A stretch of DNA of 62,942 bases, filler included, from Conidiobolus incongruus B7586 (GCA_000697335.1; 30 parts of 30 records of this genome joined end to end with filler, not necessarily neighbours in it), one strand, 5' to 3'. Positions 1 through 13,960 are shown, counted from the first letter of the whole stretch. Made by a program: numbers and translations. Notes: a model not told the origin generated them from the sequence alone.

Positions 1-1242
1 AATATATATATATATATATTTATCTATTATATATCTATTAGATATTTATTAGTCTTCTTTATTATTAATATCTTTTTACCATATTTTTAACAAATTTTTA
101 ATATCTAAAAAGCTGTTTTATTTTTTAAAAACTGAAATTTGATATTTTTTAAACTAATTAAATTTTTTTAATAAAATTTTTTTATAAGCTAGATTTTTGA
201 TTACCTAAAGCAATTATAATTACATAGGTTATAATTTAAGCAATATATTAGATATGAAAGTTTTTTCTAGTTATTTTCAATCAGGAAGTTTATTACAGCT
301 TTAGATTTATATATTTTATAATTATTGTACAAAATAATAGGCTTTTTTAAATTATATTAAGAATATTAAATAAAAATTATTTTATTTAAAAAATCAATAT
401 AAAGTTTATTATTAATTTATTTTCCTTTAAAAACTAAATAAAGGTAATATATACTATTATAGTATACTATAATGGTTAATATTTATTTATCAATAAAATA
501 TTTATTTAAAAAAATATATTAAAGGGGTTGATTTAGCTTAATCCAACATTTTAATTTTTGTTTTGATAAAAGACTTTATAGAAAAATCTAAGGCTTATCA
601 ATTATAATTATTTATTATAAAAGCTTAAATTTCTAATAATAGTTTAGTAAGTTTTATTTAATAATAGCTATTTTAGCATTTTTTAAGATTTAGTTAAACT
701 ATAAAATACAAATTTTATATTTTCAATTATTAATTTAAGTATTAGCTTTAATATAAATAAAATACCTATAAAACATATATTATACTGTTTAGATAATTCT
801 TTAACAAAAATAACAAGATATTTTTCAAAATAATTTTTAATTTATTAAAAATTAAAAGATTTATAATTAAAATTAGCATTTTAGATTTTAACAGATTTTA
901 GATAATTTTTTTTAGTTTTTAAATAATTTACCAAATGATAAATTACTGATCTGAATGATATTTTATTATTAAAAGCTATTTGTAAATTTAAATGATTTTA
1001 GAGAATTTATGGTTAAATATTATTAATACCAGAATAAAAGACTTTTCATAATTATTATTTGGTTTAATTATAATTAAACTAAATAACTAATTTTAAAAAG
1101 TTAATTTTTTAATTAAAAAATTATTATATATATATATATACACTTTTTTGTTTATTTTGTTTATATTTGTTTATTTAAATCAAATTATATATTTAAAATA
1201 TCATAAATTAAAAAATTTCACATTATTTTAAATTAAAAATCA
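1..1242 (-). mobile_element. Mariner (DD34D) transposon, degenerate, near full length
   Basis: Minus-strand translation around 210-340 reads IL(Y/H)(N/D)N..K.YKSKAV.NFLIENN*KKL...Y..NYNLC(N/D)Y, i.e. HDN-34-D after reverting transitions. TIR-like end AAAAATTTCACATTATTTTAAATT near 1211-1242. Confidence 0.85.
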
Positions 1243-1301
1243 TTTTATAAGATATTTTGAAATAAGGATAAATTAATATAATAAATATTATATTTAATAT
1301 A

Positions 1302-1401
1302 NNNNNNNNNNNNNNNNNNNNNNNNNNNNNNNNNNNNNNNNNNNNTTAATTAATTAANNNNNNNNNNNNNNNNNNNNNNNNNNNNNNNNNNNNNNNNNNN
1401 N
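1302..1401. other. Assembly spacer N44-TTAATTAATTAA-N44 (first of 29 identical spacers)
   Basis: Identical 100-bp unit with six-frame stop linker starts at 1302, 2636, 4400, 6003, 7615, 8881, 10669, 12527, 14084, 15321, 16493, 19531, 20684, 23616, 24723, 25933, 27109, 29431, 30669, 31952, 33150, 40917, 44488, 45929, 47161, 53594, 55046, 57824 and 61478. Artificial, not biological. Confidence 0.98.
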
Positions 1402-1409
1402 TTAAAATA

Positions 1410-2532
1410 TATTAACCTGTAAAAATAAGTTATAAAATCAAATATATATATATATTAATTAATAACTAAAATAATTGTATATATTAGATCACTTAAAACA
1501 AAAATATATAATTAAGATATATTATTGAATAATAAATAAATATATTCAAATATATTTAATAAACTACTAGCAAAAATATTAACCTTTAATATTTAACCAA
1601 GATAAATTATATTTGTGGGTTTTTGAGATAAAGGGATATATTTAACAATATATAACCATATCTTTTTTCTCTCTTTGTTATTATTTTATATAATATTTTA
1701 CAAATATACTAAGTTTTTTTATTAGTATCATTATACTTAAATCCCTCTTTAAAAAAATCTACTTATATATTAATCAACTTTATAAAGAAAATAAATCAAT
1801 TTGTGATATTGTTAGAATTACTAGTGTTAGCTAGTTTATTATAGTTAAAACTATTAAGAATAACAATAAAGAAACATTTAAACTTAAATTTAAATATGTT
1901 AATATTATAGATAAACATGATAAGAAATATATTTATAGGTTAGTTAATATAAGTAAATATGGTAATGCTATAAAAATATAACAGGAATTATAAAACTATA
2001 TAAAAATATTAGTTAACATTGATACTATTATCATTAGATATAAAGTATCTTTATAGAGTTAATAGGGGAATTAATATTAAAATGTACTAAAGTATTCTAA
2101 ACAATAAATTGAAAAAAACCATTGAATAATATAGGTTAAATATATCTAATGTTATTTTCTAGTAAAATAATATTTCTTGTTATATTACAAATTTTATTAC
2201 TAAATAGCTTAAAAATAACAAGATAATAGTTATGTAGTAGTTTTTTCAATCTCCTAACCTTAATCTAATTAAATACCTTTAGGATTAGTTAAAAAAAGTT
2301 ATTAAAGTTTTCCCTATAGTAAAAAATTTAAATCAACTTTAAAAATATATTTAAGAAGTATAAAATAAGATTAACTTTTCTTAGTATAAGAAGTTAATTA
2401 ATTCAATACCTTATAAACTTAAAGAGGTTAGAAAAGCTAAAGGTAAATACACTAAGTTTTAATTTTTTTTTATTACCAAAAACCTATAAATTTATAACTT
2501 ATCTTAGGTAAAATTTAAAGGTTTATATTTTA
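1410..2532 (+). mobile_element. Tc1 (DD34E) transposon, internally deleted, right end interrupted by mariner
   Basis: Terminal ATTAACCTGTAAAAATAAGTTATAAAATC; collinear with the 4510 copy except for a ~290-bp deletion near 2030; degenerate WPPQSPDLNPIEHLW at ~2238-2283. Confidence 0.85.
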
Positions 2533-2635
2533 TTACTCTGTATTTTTAATAATGGGATTTTTTTACAATTAAAAATAAATAAACATTTGAATATATGATA
2601 TATAAAAATAAATATATAATATAAATTTAATAGTT
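2533..2635 (-). mobile_element. Mariner terminal fragment inserted at TA in the Tc1 right end
   Basis: TA|TTACTCTGTATTTTTAATAATGGGATTTTTT matches mariner termini at 16714, 56467 and 61387. Confidence 0.8.
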
Positions 2636-2779
2636 NNNNNNNNNNNNNNNNNNNNNNNNNNNNNNNNNNNNNNNNNNNNTTAATTAATTAANNNNNNNNN
2701 NNNNNNNNNNNNNNNNNNNNNNNNNNNNNNNNNNNATAATAAACTTATTGTTATTTGATTATATATATATATATATATA

Positions 2780-4329
2780 TACTAGCTTGCAAAAGTGAAT
2801 TATAAAATCAAAATTATTTATATATTTACCTATATTTTAAATAATTCTTAATTAAATAAATTTAAATAAAAATATATAATTTACCTATATTAGTTGATTA
2901 TAATTAATTATATTTGATTATATTCCATTAATTTTTGGTTAATATATTGAAACCTAAAATTTAACTAAAGTGAGTTATAAATTTATTGGTTTATAAGTTA
3001 AGGGGGTATAAATAACAAAACTTATATATATCTTTTTATTTCTTTTATTGTAATATATATATTATAAAACTATTAAGCTAATATTTCAAAATTAATATTA
3101 TAATATTTAAATTTTTTTTAAAAAAGTTCACTTACATATTAATCAGCTTTATAATAAAAATAAATCAGCTTATAAGATTACTAGAATTACTAATATAAGC
3201 TAATCTATTATAGCTAACATTATTAAGAATAATGCTAAAAAAATATTTAAACTAAAACTTAAATATATTAAAATTATAGATAAGTATAATGAAAAATATA
3301 TTTATAGATTAGTTAGTATAGATAAGTGTAATATTATTATAAAAGTACAATAAAAATTATAAAACTATATAGGAATATTAGTAAATATTAATAATATTAT
3401 ATATGTCACCTATATCTTAAGAAAAAACACCCTTAACTAAAAAAACCTTATTGTAAGATTAAACAGAAATTTAAATATTAATTTTAAAATAAAAGTAAAA
3501 TTAACTATAGTAACGTTATTTAATCTAATAAAACAAAGATATATTTTAATAAGTTTAATTTAAGAGCAAAATATTTTAAAAAAGATTAAGAATTATTATA
3601 TAACTATTATATTATTATAACCCAAAAATATAATGATAAGTTAATTATAATTTAGGGATATATATTATCTTTAGATAAAAGTTATTTTTATAGGGTTTAT
3701 AAAGGAATTAATATTAAAATATATTAAAATACTTTAAATAATAAATTGAAAATAACTATTAAGTAATATAGGTTAAATAAATCAAATATTATTTTCCAAC
3801 AAGTTATTATCTTTTGTTATACTACAAATTTTATTTTTAAATGGCTTAAAGATAATAAAATAACTATTATAAAATAGCCTCCTTAATCTTTTAATTTTAA
3901 CTTTATTCAATATCTTTAAGATTAATTAAAAAAATTACTTAAAACTTTCCCCTTAATAAAAAATTTAAATTAACTTTAGGAGTATATTTAAGAGGCTTAA
4001 AATAATATTAATTTTGTTTAATATAAGAATCTAATTGATTTTATACCCTATAAACTTAAAGAAGTTAGAAAAGCAAAAGATAGATATATTAAATATTAAT
4101 TTTTCTATCAATATTAAAACTTGCAAATTTATCACTTATTTTAGATATATTTTTAATTTTAATATATCAATTAATAATTAATTAAATTTAACTTTATATA
4201 TTATATTATAGATAAAAAATATATATTAATTACATAGTTTAATATAGGTTTATTCAAACTAGAACTGATTAGGTTATTAATAGAAATATTTATATTTTTA
4301 ATTTTATAACTTATTTTTACAAACTAATA
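2780..4329 (+). mobile_element. Tc1 (DD34E) transposon, full length, degenerate
   Basis: TIRs TACTAGCTTGCAAAAGTGAATTATAAAATC ... ATTTTATAACTTATTTTTACAAACTAATA flanked by (TA)n; transposase remnant collinear with 4826-5842. Confidence 0.9.
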
Positions 4330-4509
4330 TATATATCAATATTGTTTTAAGGAAAATTTCTAATATTATATATATATATATATATATTAATTTTTATTTN
4401 NNNNNNNNNNNNNNNNNNNNNNNNNNNNNNNNNNNNNNNNNNNTTAATTAATTAANNNNNNNNNNNNNNNNNNNNNNNNNNNNNNNNNNNNNNNNNNNNG
4501 ATGGATATA

Positions 4510-6002
4510 TACTAGCCTACAAAAGTAAGTTATAAAATTAAAATTACTTAAATATTTACTTTTATCTTAAATAATTCCTAATTAAATAAATTTAAATTAA
4601 AATATATAATTTACCTATATTAATTGATTATAACTAACTATATTTGAATATATTATATTAGCTATTGGTTAATATATTGAAACCTAAAATTTAACCAAGG
4701 TGAGTTATAAATTTGCAGGTTTATTAGTTAAAGGAGTATAAATAACAAAACTTATATATATCTTTTTTTGTTGTATTATATATATTATAAAATTATTAAG
4801 CTAATATTTTAAAATTAATATTATAGTGCTTAAATCTCTCTCTAAAAAACTTCACTTATATATTAATCAACTTTATAATAAAAATAAATCAACTTGTGAA
4901 ATTGCTAGAATTACTAATGTTAGCTAATTTACTATAGTTATGGTTATTAAGAACAATGCTAAAAAAACACCTAAACTAAAACTTGAGTGTGTTAAAATTA
5001 TAGATAAGCATAATAAACAGTATATTTGTAGATTAGTTAGTATAGGTAAGTGTAATACTATTGTAGAAATATAACAAGAATTATAAGACTATATAAGAAT
5101 ATTAATTAATGTTAATACTATTATATATATTCTATGTTAGAATAGATATTGCTTACACCTTAAGAAAAAACACCCCCAACTAAAGAAGTCCAATTGTAAA
5201 GTTAAGCAAGAGTTTAAATATCAATACTAAAGTTGAATTAAAACTAACTAGAGTAAAGTTATTTAGTTTAATGAAATAAAAATATATTTTAATAGATTTA
5301 ATAAAAAAGCTAGATATTTTAAAAAAGATAAAGAACTACTTTATAACCATTATGTTATTACAACCCAAAAATATAATAGTAGGTTAATTATAGTTTAGGG
5401 ATATATGTTATCTTTAAGTGTAGGGTATCTTTATAGGGTTAATAAGGGAATTAATACTGAGATGTACCAAATTATTCTAAATAATAAATTGAAAAAAACT
5501 ATTGAATGGTATAGATTAAAAAAATCAAATATTATTTTCTAACAAGATAATACTCCTTGTTATACTATAATTTGTACTATTAAATAGCTTAAAAATAACA
5601 AAATAACTATTATGAAATAGCCTCCTTAATCTCTTAATCTTAACCCAACTAAATATCTTTGGAATCAATTAAAAAAATCAATTAAAGCTTTCCCCCTAAT
5701 AAAAAATTTAGATTAACTTTAAGAGTATATTTAAGAAGATTAGAATAATATTAGTCTTGTTTAATATAAAAAGCTAGTTGACTTTATACCCTATAAACTT
5801 AAAGAAGTTAAAAAAACAAAAGATAGATATACTAGATATTAATTTTTCTATCAATATTAAAACCCACAAATTTATAACTTATCTTAAGTATATTTTAGTA
5901 TTAATATATTAATTAATAATTAATTAAATTTAACTATATATTATATTATAAATAAAAAATATATATTAATTACATAGTTTAATATAAGTTTATTTAAATT
6001 AG
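4510..6002 (+). mobile_element. Tc1 (DD34E) transposon, right end cut by gap
   Basis: Left TIR TACTAGCCTACAAAAGTAAGTTATAAAATT; inner DR AAGGTGAGTTATAAATTTGCAGG near 4697; contains the best-preserved transposase frame. Confidence 0.92.
4826..5842 (+). pseudogene. Tc1-family DD34E transposase pseudogene (338 codons, no frameshift)
   Basis: A single 1017-nt frame reads KKKHPQL, *SKVI*FNE (WSKVIWSDE), IV*GYM (MVWGCM), F*QDN (D at 5546), *PP*SLNLNPTKYLW (WPPQSPDLNPIEHLW, E->K at 5651, D34E spacing) and ends KDRYTRY* (KGGYTRY). About 18 premature stops by my manual count, all derivable from CAA/CAG/TGG/CGA. Confidence 0.92.
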
Positions 6003-6197
6003 NNNNNNNNNNNNNNNNNNNNNNNNNNNNNNNNNNNNNNNNNNNNTTAATTAATTAANNNNNNNNNNNNNNNNNNNNNNNNNNNNNNNNNNNNNNNNNN
6101 NNTTAATTTAATTCTTTTCAGATAAGAATTAAAAACTCTATATTATTTTTAATTTAATATAATATATATTTTATATTAAATCTAAAATTAAAAAATA

Positions 6198-6328
6198 TTA
6201 TGTTGAATTTAAAATAATAGGAAATTTTTGAATTTCTGATTTTTCCAACATATTATTAGTTTGAAATAAATAAATATATACAAAGTTAATAAGAAATTAT
6301 ATATTTTGAAAATATATATATATATATA
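6198..6328 (+). mobile_element. Mariner 5' end, interrupted by Tc1 insertion in its (TA)n tract
   Basis: TA|TTATGTTGAATTTAAAATAATAGGAAATTTT TIR; reverse complement matches 19470-19530 and 1140-1242. Confidence 0.7.
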
Positions 6329-7614
6329 TACTAGCCTATAAAAGTGAGTTATAAAATTATGATTACATATATTATTATCAATAACTCTGTTAATTTTTAA
6401 TCAAATTAATTTAAATCAAAACATATAATAAACTTATACTATTTATTTATAATTAAATATATTTGATCTAATTATATTAACTTTTAGTTGATATATTAAA
6501 GTTTAAATTTTACTTAAGATAAGTTATAAATTTGTATATTTTAGTTATAAAAACAAAATTAAAACTTAATATATCTACCTTTTGCTTTCCTAACTTCTTT
6601 AAATTTATAGGGTATAGAGTCAACTAACTTCTTATATTAAAAAAGATTAATTTTATTCTAAGCTTCTTAAATATATTCCTAAAGCTTATTTAAATTTTTT
6701 TCTAGTGGGAAAACTTTAATTGTTTTTTTTAATTAATCCCAAAAGTGTTTAATTAGATAAAAGTTAGAAGATTAAAAAAACCACTTTATAACTATTATTT
6801 TATTATTTTTAAACTATTTGGTAGTAGAAATAATAGTATAATAAAAGATATTATCTTGTTAGAGAATAACATCTGATCTATTTAACCTATACTATTCAAT
6901 AGTTTTTTTAATTTGTTGTTTAAAATATTTTAATATATCTTAATATTAATTCCCCCATTAATTTTACAAAGATACCTTATACTAGAAGATAATATATATC
7001 CCCAAACTATAATTAACTTATTATTATATTTTTGGGTTAAAATAACATAATAATCATAAAGTAGTTTTTTGTCTTTTTTGAAATATCTAGCTTGTTTATC
7101 AAATCTACTAAAATATATTTTTGTTTCAATAAATTAAATAACCTTACTCTAATTAGTTTCAGTTTAACTTTAATGATAATATTTAAACTCTTGCTTAACT
7201 TTATAGTGGGATTTTTTAATTAAGGGTGTTTTTTCTTAAGGTGCAAATAGTATCTATTATAACATAAAGTATATATAATAATATTAGTATTAATTAATAT
7301 TCTTGTATAATCTTGTAATTTTTTTTATACTTTTATAATAATATTATATTTACTTATATTAACTAACCTATAAATATACCTTTTATTATATTTATTTATA
7401 ATCTTAACACACCTAAGTTTAAGTTTAGATATATCTTTACTATAATTTTTAACACCTTTAGCTATAATAAACTAGCTAACACTAGTAATTCTAATAATCT
7501 TATGAGTTAATTTATCTTTACTATAAAGTTAATTAATATATAAATCTTTTTAAAGAGGGATTTAGGTATTTTAATACTAATATTATTTAAAATAATAATT
7601 TACAATGATAATAT
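6329..7614 (-). mobile_element. Tc1 transposon, degenerate
   Basis: TIR TACTAGCCTATAAAAGTGAGTTATAAAATT after (TA)n; reverse complement of the transposase region from ~6568 to ~7570. Confidence 0.9.
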
Positions 7615-7714
7615 NNNNNNNNNNNNNNNNNNNNNNNNNNNNNNNNNNNNNNNNNNNNTTAATTAATTAANNNNNNNNNNNNNNNNNNNNNNNNNNNNNN
7701 NNNNNNNNNNNNNN

Positions 7715-8817
7715 AATTATATTTAAATTATTTAATAATAATCAAAATGACTTTATTTTTAAACTTTTAAAATTTAACTATAAATTCTTCAAAAATATTT
7801 AAAATTTACATGCAATTTTTGGTAATAAATTATTATCAAAATCAATAATTTATTGCTAGATAAATTATTTTAAAGTTAAGAAAAAAACTATCCAAAACCT
7901 GTTAAAATCTAAAACACCAACTTTAACTATCATTCTTTTAATTATTAATAGTATGAATAAAATATATTGTAAAGTATCTTTTTATTATAACTAAAGTTTT
8001 ATCTAAGCATTTTAATATTAATCTTACAAGTATTTTATATATATTAAAATTAAAATCAAATTGATAAATAAAAAAATCAAATAAATACCTTATAATTTAA
8101 CTAAAGTTAAAAAAAACTAAAATAGTTATTATTAAACAAAATCTATTAAAATATTACTAGAAGTTTAAACTTTTATAATAAATTTCTATAATTGCTATAT
8201 TTTAAATTCCTTTGTATAATCTTTATCAAAATATAAATCATGTTATTAAATTAAGTTAAATCAAATCCATTTATAAATTCCTATAAATAAATACTTTACT
8301 AATAAGTAAATATTAATTATTATAATAGATTATCATAATATATATTACTTTTATTTATTTCTTGAAGGAAAAATAAATAATAATAAACCTTGTATTGCTT
8401 TTTTAAATAATAGTATTTATAATTAATCTTGTTAATATAACTTGCAAAAACCTATTATTTTATATAATAATTATAAAATATATAAATCTAAAATTATAAA
8501 AAACTTTATAATTAAAAATAACTAAAAAAACTATCATATATAATATATTCTTTAAATTATAATTTATGTGATAAAAGTTACTTTAAGTAATTAAAAAACT
8601 AGCTTATATGAAAGAAAATTTTTGCAAAAAAATTTAATTAATTATTGAAATATCAAATTTTAATCTTTAATAAGAATTATTTTTAGATATTAGATCTTTG
8701 CAAAAAATATAGCATAAATTATTTTTAATAAAAAAAACTATTAAATTTATATTATATATTAAAATATTTAATTATTTGTAATTATAAAAAATTCCCTTTA
8801 TTAAAAATACATAGGAT
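7715..8817 (+). mobile_element. Mariner transposon, degenerate
   Basis: Reverse complement of 1-1100; KIPYNLT (WVPHNLT) near 8085, ILYNN (ILHDN) near 8457; 3' TIR AAAAAATTCCCTTTATTAAAAATAC. Confidence 0.85.
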
Positions 8818-8980
8818 TGTTTAATATATTATAATTAATATATTATAAAAATACATTAAATTAATTGAAATTTTAAAATTNNNNNNNNNNNNNNNNNNNN
8901 NNNNNNNNNNNNNNNNNNNNNNNNTTAATTAATTAANNNNNNNNNNNNNNNNNNNNNNNNNNNNNNNNNNNNNNNNNNNN

Positions 8981-10668
8981 AAGGAGAATAAGTTAGTTTT
9001 AACCTTATAAATATTATCTTAAAGTTAATAGCATTTTAATTAGAGAAAATAAAACTAGCTGATTTAAAATACTTAGTCTATAAATAAATACTTTTTACCT
9101 TAATAAAAATAATTAAAAATCACTTATATTTTTTATCCTATAACTCTTTTTCAATATTTATAAATTATAAATCACTTATTTACTTAAATATTTAAAAGTA
9201 TTTATTAAAAAGATAAGTTAAATAAATTAAAATTATTTAAGCTTATTTTTTCTTTATCTAATATCTCTTAAGTTAATAGAATTATATTTTAGATATTATG
9301 TTAAAAAATCCTATATATTTATCCTATTATTTTAATTTTAAAAACTTAGCAAATATTAACTTAATGATTATTAACAAAAGAAATAAAGAATTTATTAAAT
9401 TATTTTAACAAATACTATTAAATAATAATTTCTTTATTTTAGTTCAAACAAAACTCTTTATATTATTAGAAAATTAATTAAAATATATCAAAAAATTTAA
9501 AAATATTGATAACCTGATATATTATAATAATTATTTATATGTCTTTAAATTTCTTAAGATTTAATAAGTAATATTTAATAAATATTATAATTTATCTATT
9601 AAAAATATTAAAACTAATTAAATATTGTTAAGTGAATTAAAATAATATATTATTAACTTGCTTTAGTTATATTAATTCAGAAATACACTAATACTAATGA
9701 TATATATTATAGAATTAAATTTAATACCCAATTAAAATATAATAAACTTATTTTTTTATAAATCCCTAATTAACCTTAATAATGAATCCAACTTGATTTT
9801 ATAAAAATTCTTAAATCAACAAATAAATTTAATAGCTTATTAATTGTAATTAATTAATTCTTTAAATATATTTATTTTATTCTTTTTTTCAAAACTTTTA
9901 TAATAAAAAATATAATATAATTATTATTGTTTAATATTTTTACCTAATATAAAACTTTACAAACTATTATATTTGATAAAGATATATAATTTAATTTTTA
10001 ATTTTAAATGTTATTATCTTTTTCCTTTAAGATTAATCTAGCTATATTTATTATTAATTATTATTAAATTCATAAACTTATTGCAAAAACTATTAAAAAC
10101 TTAAAATAAATGATTAAAGCTTATATTAACACTAATTAGTTAAATTAATATATTTATATCTATTAACTTTAATATTCATTTAATAATTTTATTAATAAAT
10201 TAATAAATTTTAATTTTTATTTTATTAATTATAAAAAATATCTTAATTTAATAATTGCTTTAAAACTTTAAATCAATTTTTTTAAATACTATAGAATTTT
10301 AATCTAATATCAAATATATTAATTTCTTTATTAAATTTAACTTAAAAGAAAATTAAAATATCATAAAACAGTAATATTTAAAATTATTTATAGATCCTTT
10401 TAAATATAAAACTAATATGTTTATATATTTAAAGTGATGATTTTTTAAACTTACCTTATTTAAATTTAGCTTAAATCTAAAATATTTATGATTATATTAT
10501 ATTCTCTATATAATTTGGTTTATTAATTTAAATTTTAAAAATATTATCTTAAAATTATCTTTAATTTTAAAGATCAACTTTACATTTTACATATCTAAAA
10601 TCAAGCTTTATTTTAAAGTTTTTAATACTTTTCTTAATTAATTAAAAGCTTTAAAGCTAGATTTAATT
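8981..10668 (+). mobile_element. Ty3/Gypsy family C pol remnant (RNase H - integrase - GPY/F)
   Basis: Translation IAF*LEK..LADLKY.VYK*ILFTL, FINYKSLIYL..*K.L.KR*VK*I (TDHKSL.YL..Q..L..RQ.RW); collinear with 58520-60210. Confidence 0.85.
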
Positions 10669-10775
10669 NNNNNNNNNNNNNNNNNNNNNNNNNNNNNNNN
10701 NNNNNNNNNNNNTTAATTAATTAANNNNNNNNNNNNNNNNNNNNNNNNNNNNNNNNNNNNNNNNNNNNATATATA

Positions 10776-12335
10776 TACTAACTTATAAAAATAAGTCATA
10801 AAATCAAAAATATATATATTTTAGTTAATAATTAAAATAATAATATATATTAAATTACCCAAAACTATAATTTATAATTAAGGTATATTATTTGATAATA
10901 AATAAATATTTTTGGATATATTTAGTAAACTGTTAATAAAAATATTAACCTTTAATATTTAACTAATGTGAGTTATAAATTTATAGGTTTTTAAGATAAA
11001 AGAATATATTTAACAATATATAACCTTATTTTTTTTATTTTTTTATTATTATTTTATATAATATTTTAGAGATATTTTAAATTTTTTTAATATCATTTTA
11101 TCTAAATCCTTTTTAAATAAATTTATTTATATTTTAATCAACTTTATAAAGAAGGTAAATTAACTTATAATATTATTAGAATTACTAATATTAGTTAGTT
11201 TACTATAGTTAAAATTATTAAGAATAATAATAAAAACATATTTATACTTAAACTTAAATATGTTAAAATCATAAATAAATATAATAAAAAGTATTTTTAT
11301 AGATTAATTAATTCAAGCAAGTATAATACTATTATAGAAATATAATAGGGATTATAAAATTATACAAGAATATTAGTTAACACTAATATTTTTATATATG
11401 CTTTATATTAATAAAGATACCACTTATATTTTAAGAAAAAACATTATTAATTAAAAAAATCCTATTATAAAGTTAAGTGGGAGTTTAAATATTATTACTA
11501 ATAATAAACCAAAACTAATTAGAATAAGGTTATTTAATTAAATAAAACAGAAATATATTTTAGTAAATTTAATAAAAAATCTAGATATTTTAAAAAAGAT
11601 GTAAAATTATTTTATGACTATTATATTAATTTTACTTAAAAATATAATGATAAGTTAACTGTTATTTAAGGATATATATTGTCTTTAAATATAAATTATC
11701 TTTATAAAGTTAATGGGGGAATAAATATTATAATATATTAAAGTATTTTAAATAATAAATTAAAAATAACCATTGAATAATATAAGTTAAATAAATCTAA
11801 TATTATTTTCTAGTAAGATAATAACTTTTATTATACTATAGCTTTTACTTGCAAATTACTTAAAAAAAACAAGATAATAGTTATAAAGTAATTTTTTTCA
11901 ATTTTTTAACCTTAATCTAATTAAATATCTTTAAAATTAGTTAAAAAAAGTTATTAAAGTTTTATCTTAAAAAAATTTAAATTAATTTTAAGAATATGTT
12001 TAAGAAATATAAAACAAGATTAACCTTTTTCAATATAAGAAGTTAATTGATTTTATACCCTATAAACTTAAAAAAGTTAGAAAAGCTAAAGATAAATATT
12101 TTAAGTTTTAATTTTTTTTATTACCAAAAACCTACAAATTTATAACTTATCTTAAATAAAATTTAAAGGTTTATATTTTAACCAATTAATAACTAAAAAT
12201 CATCATTTAATAATATATATTATTAATAAATTTAATAGATTTTAATTATTTAATTTAGTTTTAATTTGTTAAATATTAATTATTAGTAAAAATATAAGTG
12301 TTTTTGATTTTATGACTGATTTTTATATATTAATA
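10776..12335 (+). mobile_element. Tc1 transposon, full length, degenerate
   Basis: TIRs TACTAACTTATAAAAATAAGTCATAAAATC ... GATTTTATGACTGATTTTTATATATTAATA flanked by (TA)n; full transposase remnant. Confidence 0.88.
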
Positions 12336-12642
12336 TATATATAAATCTATTAATCATTAAAATTAATATATATAAGTATTTATAAACTATATATCTGATT
12401 GTTTTATTATTATAATATATATTATAAAACAAATATATTGAAAATTATATAAAGAATATTTCTTTTACCAAATGTTTAAAAATATTTAATATCCAATTTA
12501 TAATTTAAATAATTAAATTTAATTATNNNNNNNNNNNNNNNNNNNNNNNNNNNNNNNNNNNNNNNNNNNNTTAATTAATTAANNNNNNNNNNNNNNNNNN
12601 NNNNNNNNNNNNNNNNNNNNNNNNNNAATATTAATTTATTTA

Positions 12643-13960
12643 TTAATATAGAAATTAAATAATAGCATAATTTTAATACTAAAATTAAATAAATAAATAA
12701 ATAAAAATGATATAAAAATTAATTAATAATATAAAATTAATATTTTTCTTTATTTTTGATAACTTTTTTCTATATTTTTAATAAACTTCTAATATTTATA
12801 AAATAGTTTTTTTTATTTAAAACTGAAATTTAATATTTCACAAACTAATATAATTTGTTTGTAAGAATTTTTTTTCTTGTAAACTGTTTTTTTAATTATC
12901 TAAATCAATTATAATCATATAGGTTATAATTAAGTGAATATACTAGATATGGTAACTCCTTTTATTTTGTTTTATTTAAAAAATCCTTTATAGCTTTAAT
13001 TTTATATATTATGCAATTATTATGCAAAAATAATTGATATCTTTCATTTATATTGAGAATACCATTTAGAAATTATTTTATATAAGAAGATAATATATAA
13101 TTTATTATTAATTGATTTTTCTTGAGGTTTAAATAAAAAAACCATATATTATTATAATCCATTATAATAATTAACATTTGTTTATATTCAAAGTTTTTAT
13201 TTATTAAAATTTATGGAGTGGATTAATTTAGCTTAACCTAACATCTTTTTTTAATTTTAAGTAAAGAATTATATAAAGGAATTTAAGATTTATCAATTAT
13301 AAGTATTTACTATAAAAACCATAGTTTTTAGTTATACCTTAAAAGTTTAGTTTTGCTATAACTACTTTAATTTTTTTTTAAGTTTTTGTTAAATTATAAG
13401 ATATCTATTTTATATTTTTATTAATTAATCTACATTTAAACTTAAATAAATATAATATGCTTATATAATTAAAATTAAATTGCTTTGATAATTATTTAAT
13501 AAAAATAAAAGGGTATTTTTTAATATATTTTTTTCACTTTATTTGTAAGTAAAAGAGTAACAATAGAAATTAGATTTTTAGATTTGGGTAAATTTTAAAT
13601 AATATCCCTTTTAGCTGTAAAATCACAAATCTAGCAATATATGGTAGTTTTAGATAAAGCACTAACTTTATAAGCTTTTTGAAAGTTTTAAATAATTTTA
13701 GAGAGTTTATGGTTAAGTTTTAAAGATATAAAAATAAAAGAATTTTAATAATTATAATCTAATTTAAGCATGATTAAATTTAAATATATTTTTTAAAATC
13801 TAAATATTTTAATATAAAAAAATAATTAAAATTGAATATATATAGTTTGAAAATATTTATCTTCCTATATATTTTATATATTTATATTCTTTCAAAACAT
13901 ATAATATGTTTGAAAGATCAAAAATTAAAAATTTACCATTTTTTAATTTTGATAATAAGA
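12643..13960 (-). mobile_element. Mariner transposon, second subfamily, full length
   Basis: TA|TTAATATAGAAATTAAATAATAGC terminus; reverse complement of 50334-51649. Confidence 0.85.

Noticed and set aside
1346..1357. Recurrent palindrome TTAATTAATTAA resembling a regularly spaced repeat or CRISPR array
   Set aside because: Always embedded in fixed N44 pads; it is a scaffolding linker with stops in six frames.
4826..5842. Alternative genetic code (TAA/TAG = Gln) or RNA editing explaining the in-frame stops
   Set aside because: Stops replace both Gln and Trp, vary between copies and come with D->N, E->K and H->Y changes; the intact genes end in TAA and have no internal stops.
6198..8817. One mariner spanning the gap at 7615, with Tc1 nested inside
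   Set aside because: Orientation fits, but contig order across the spacer is unverified; only the within-contig junction at 6329 is claimed.
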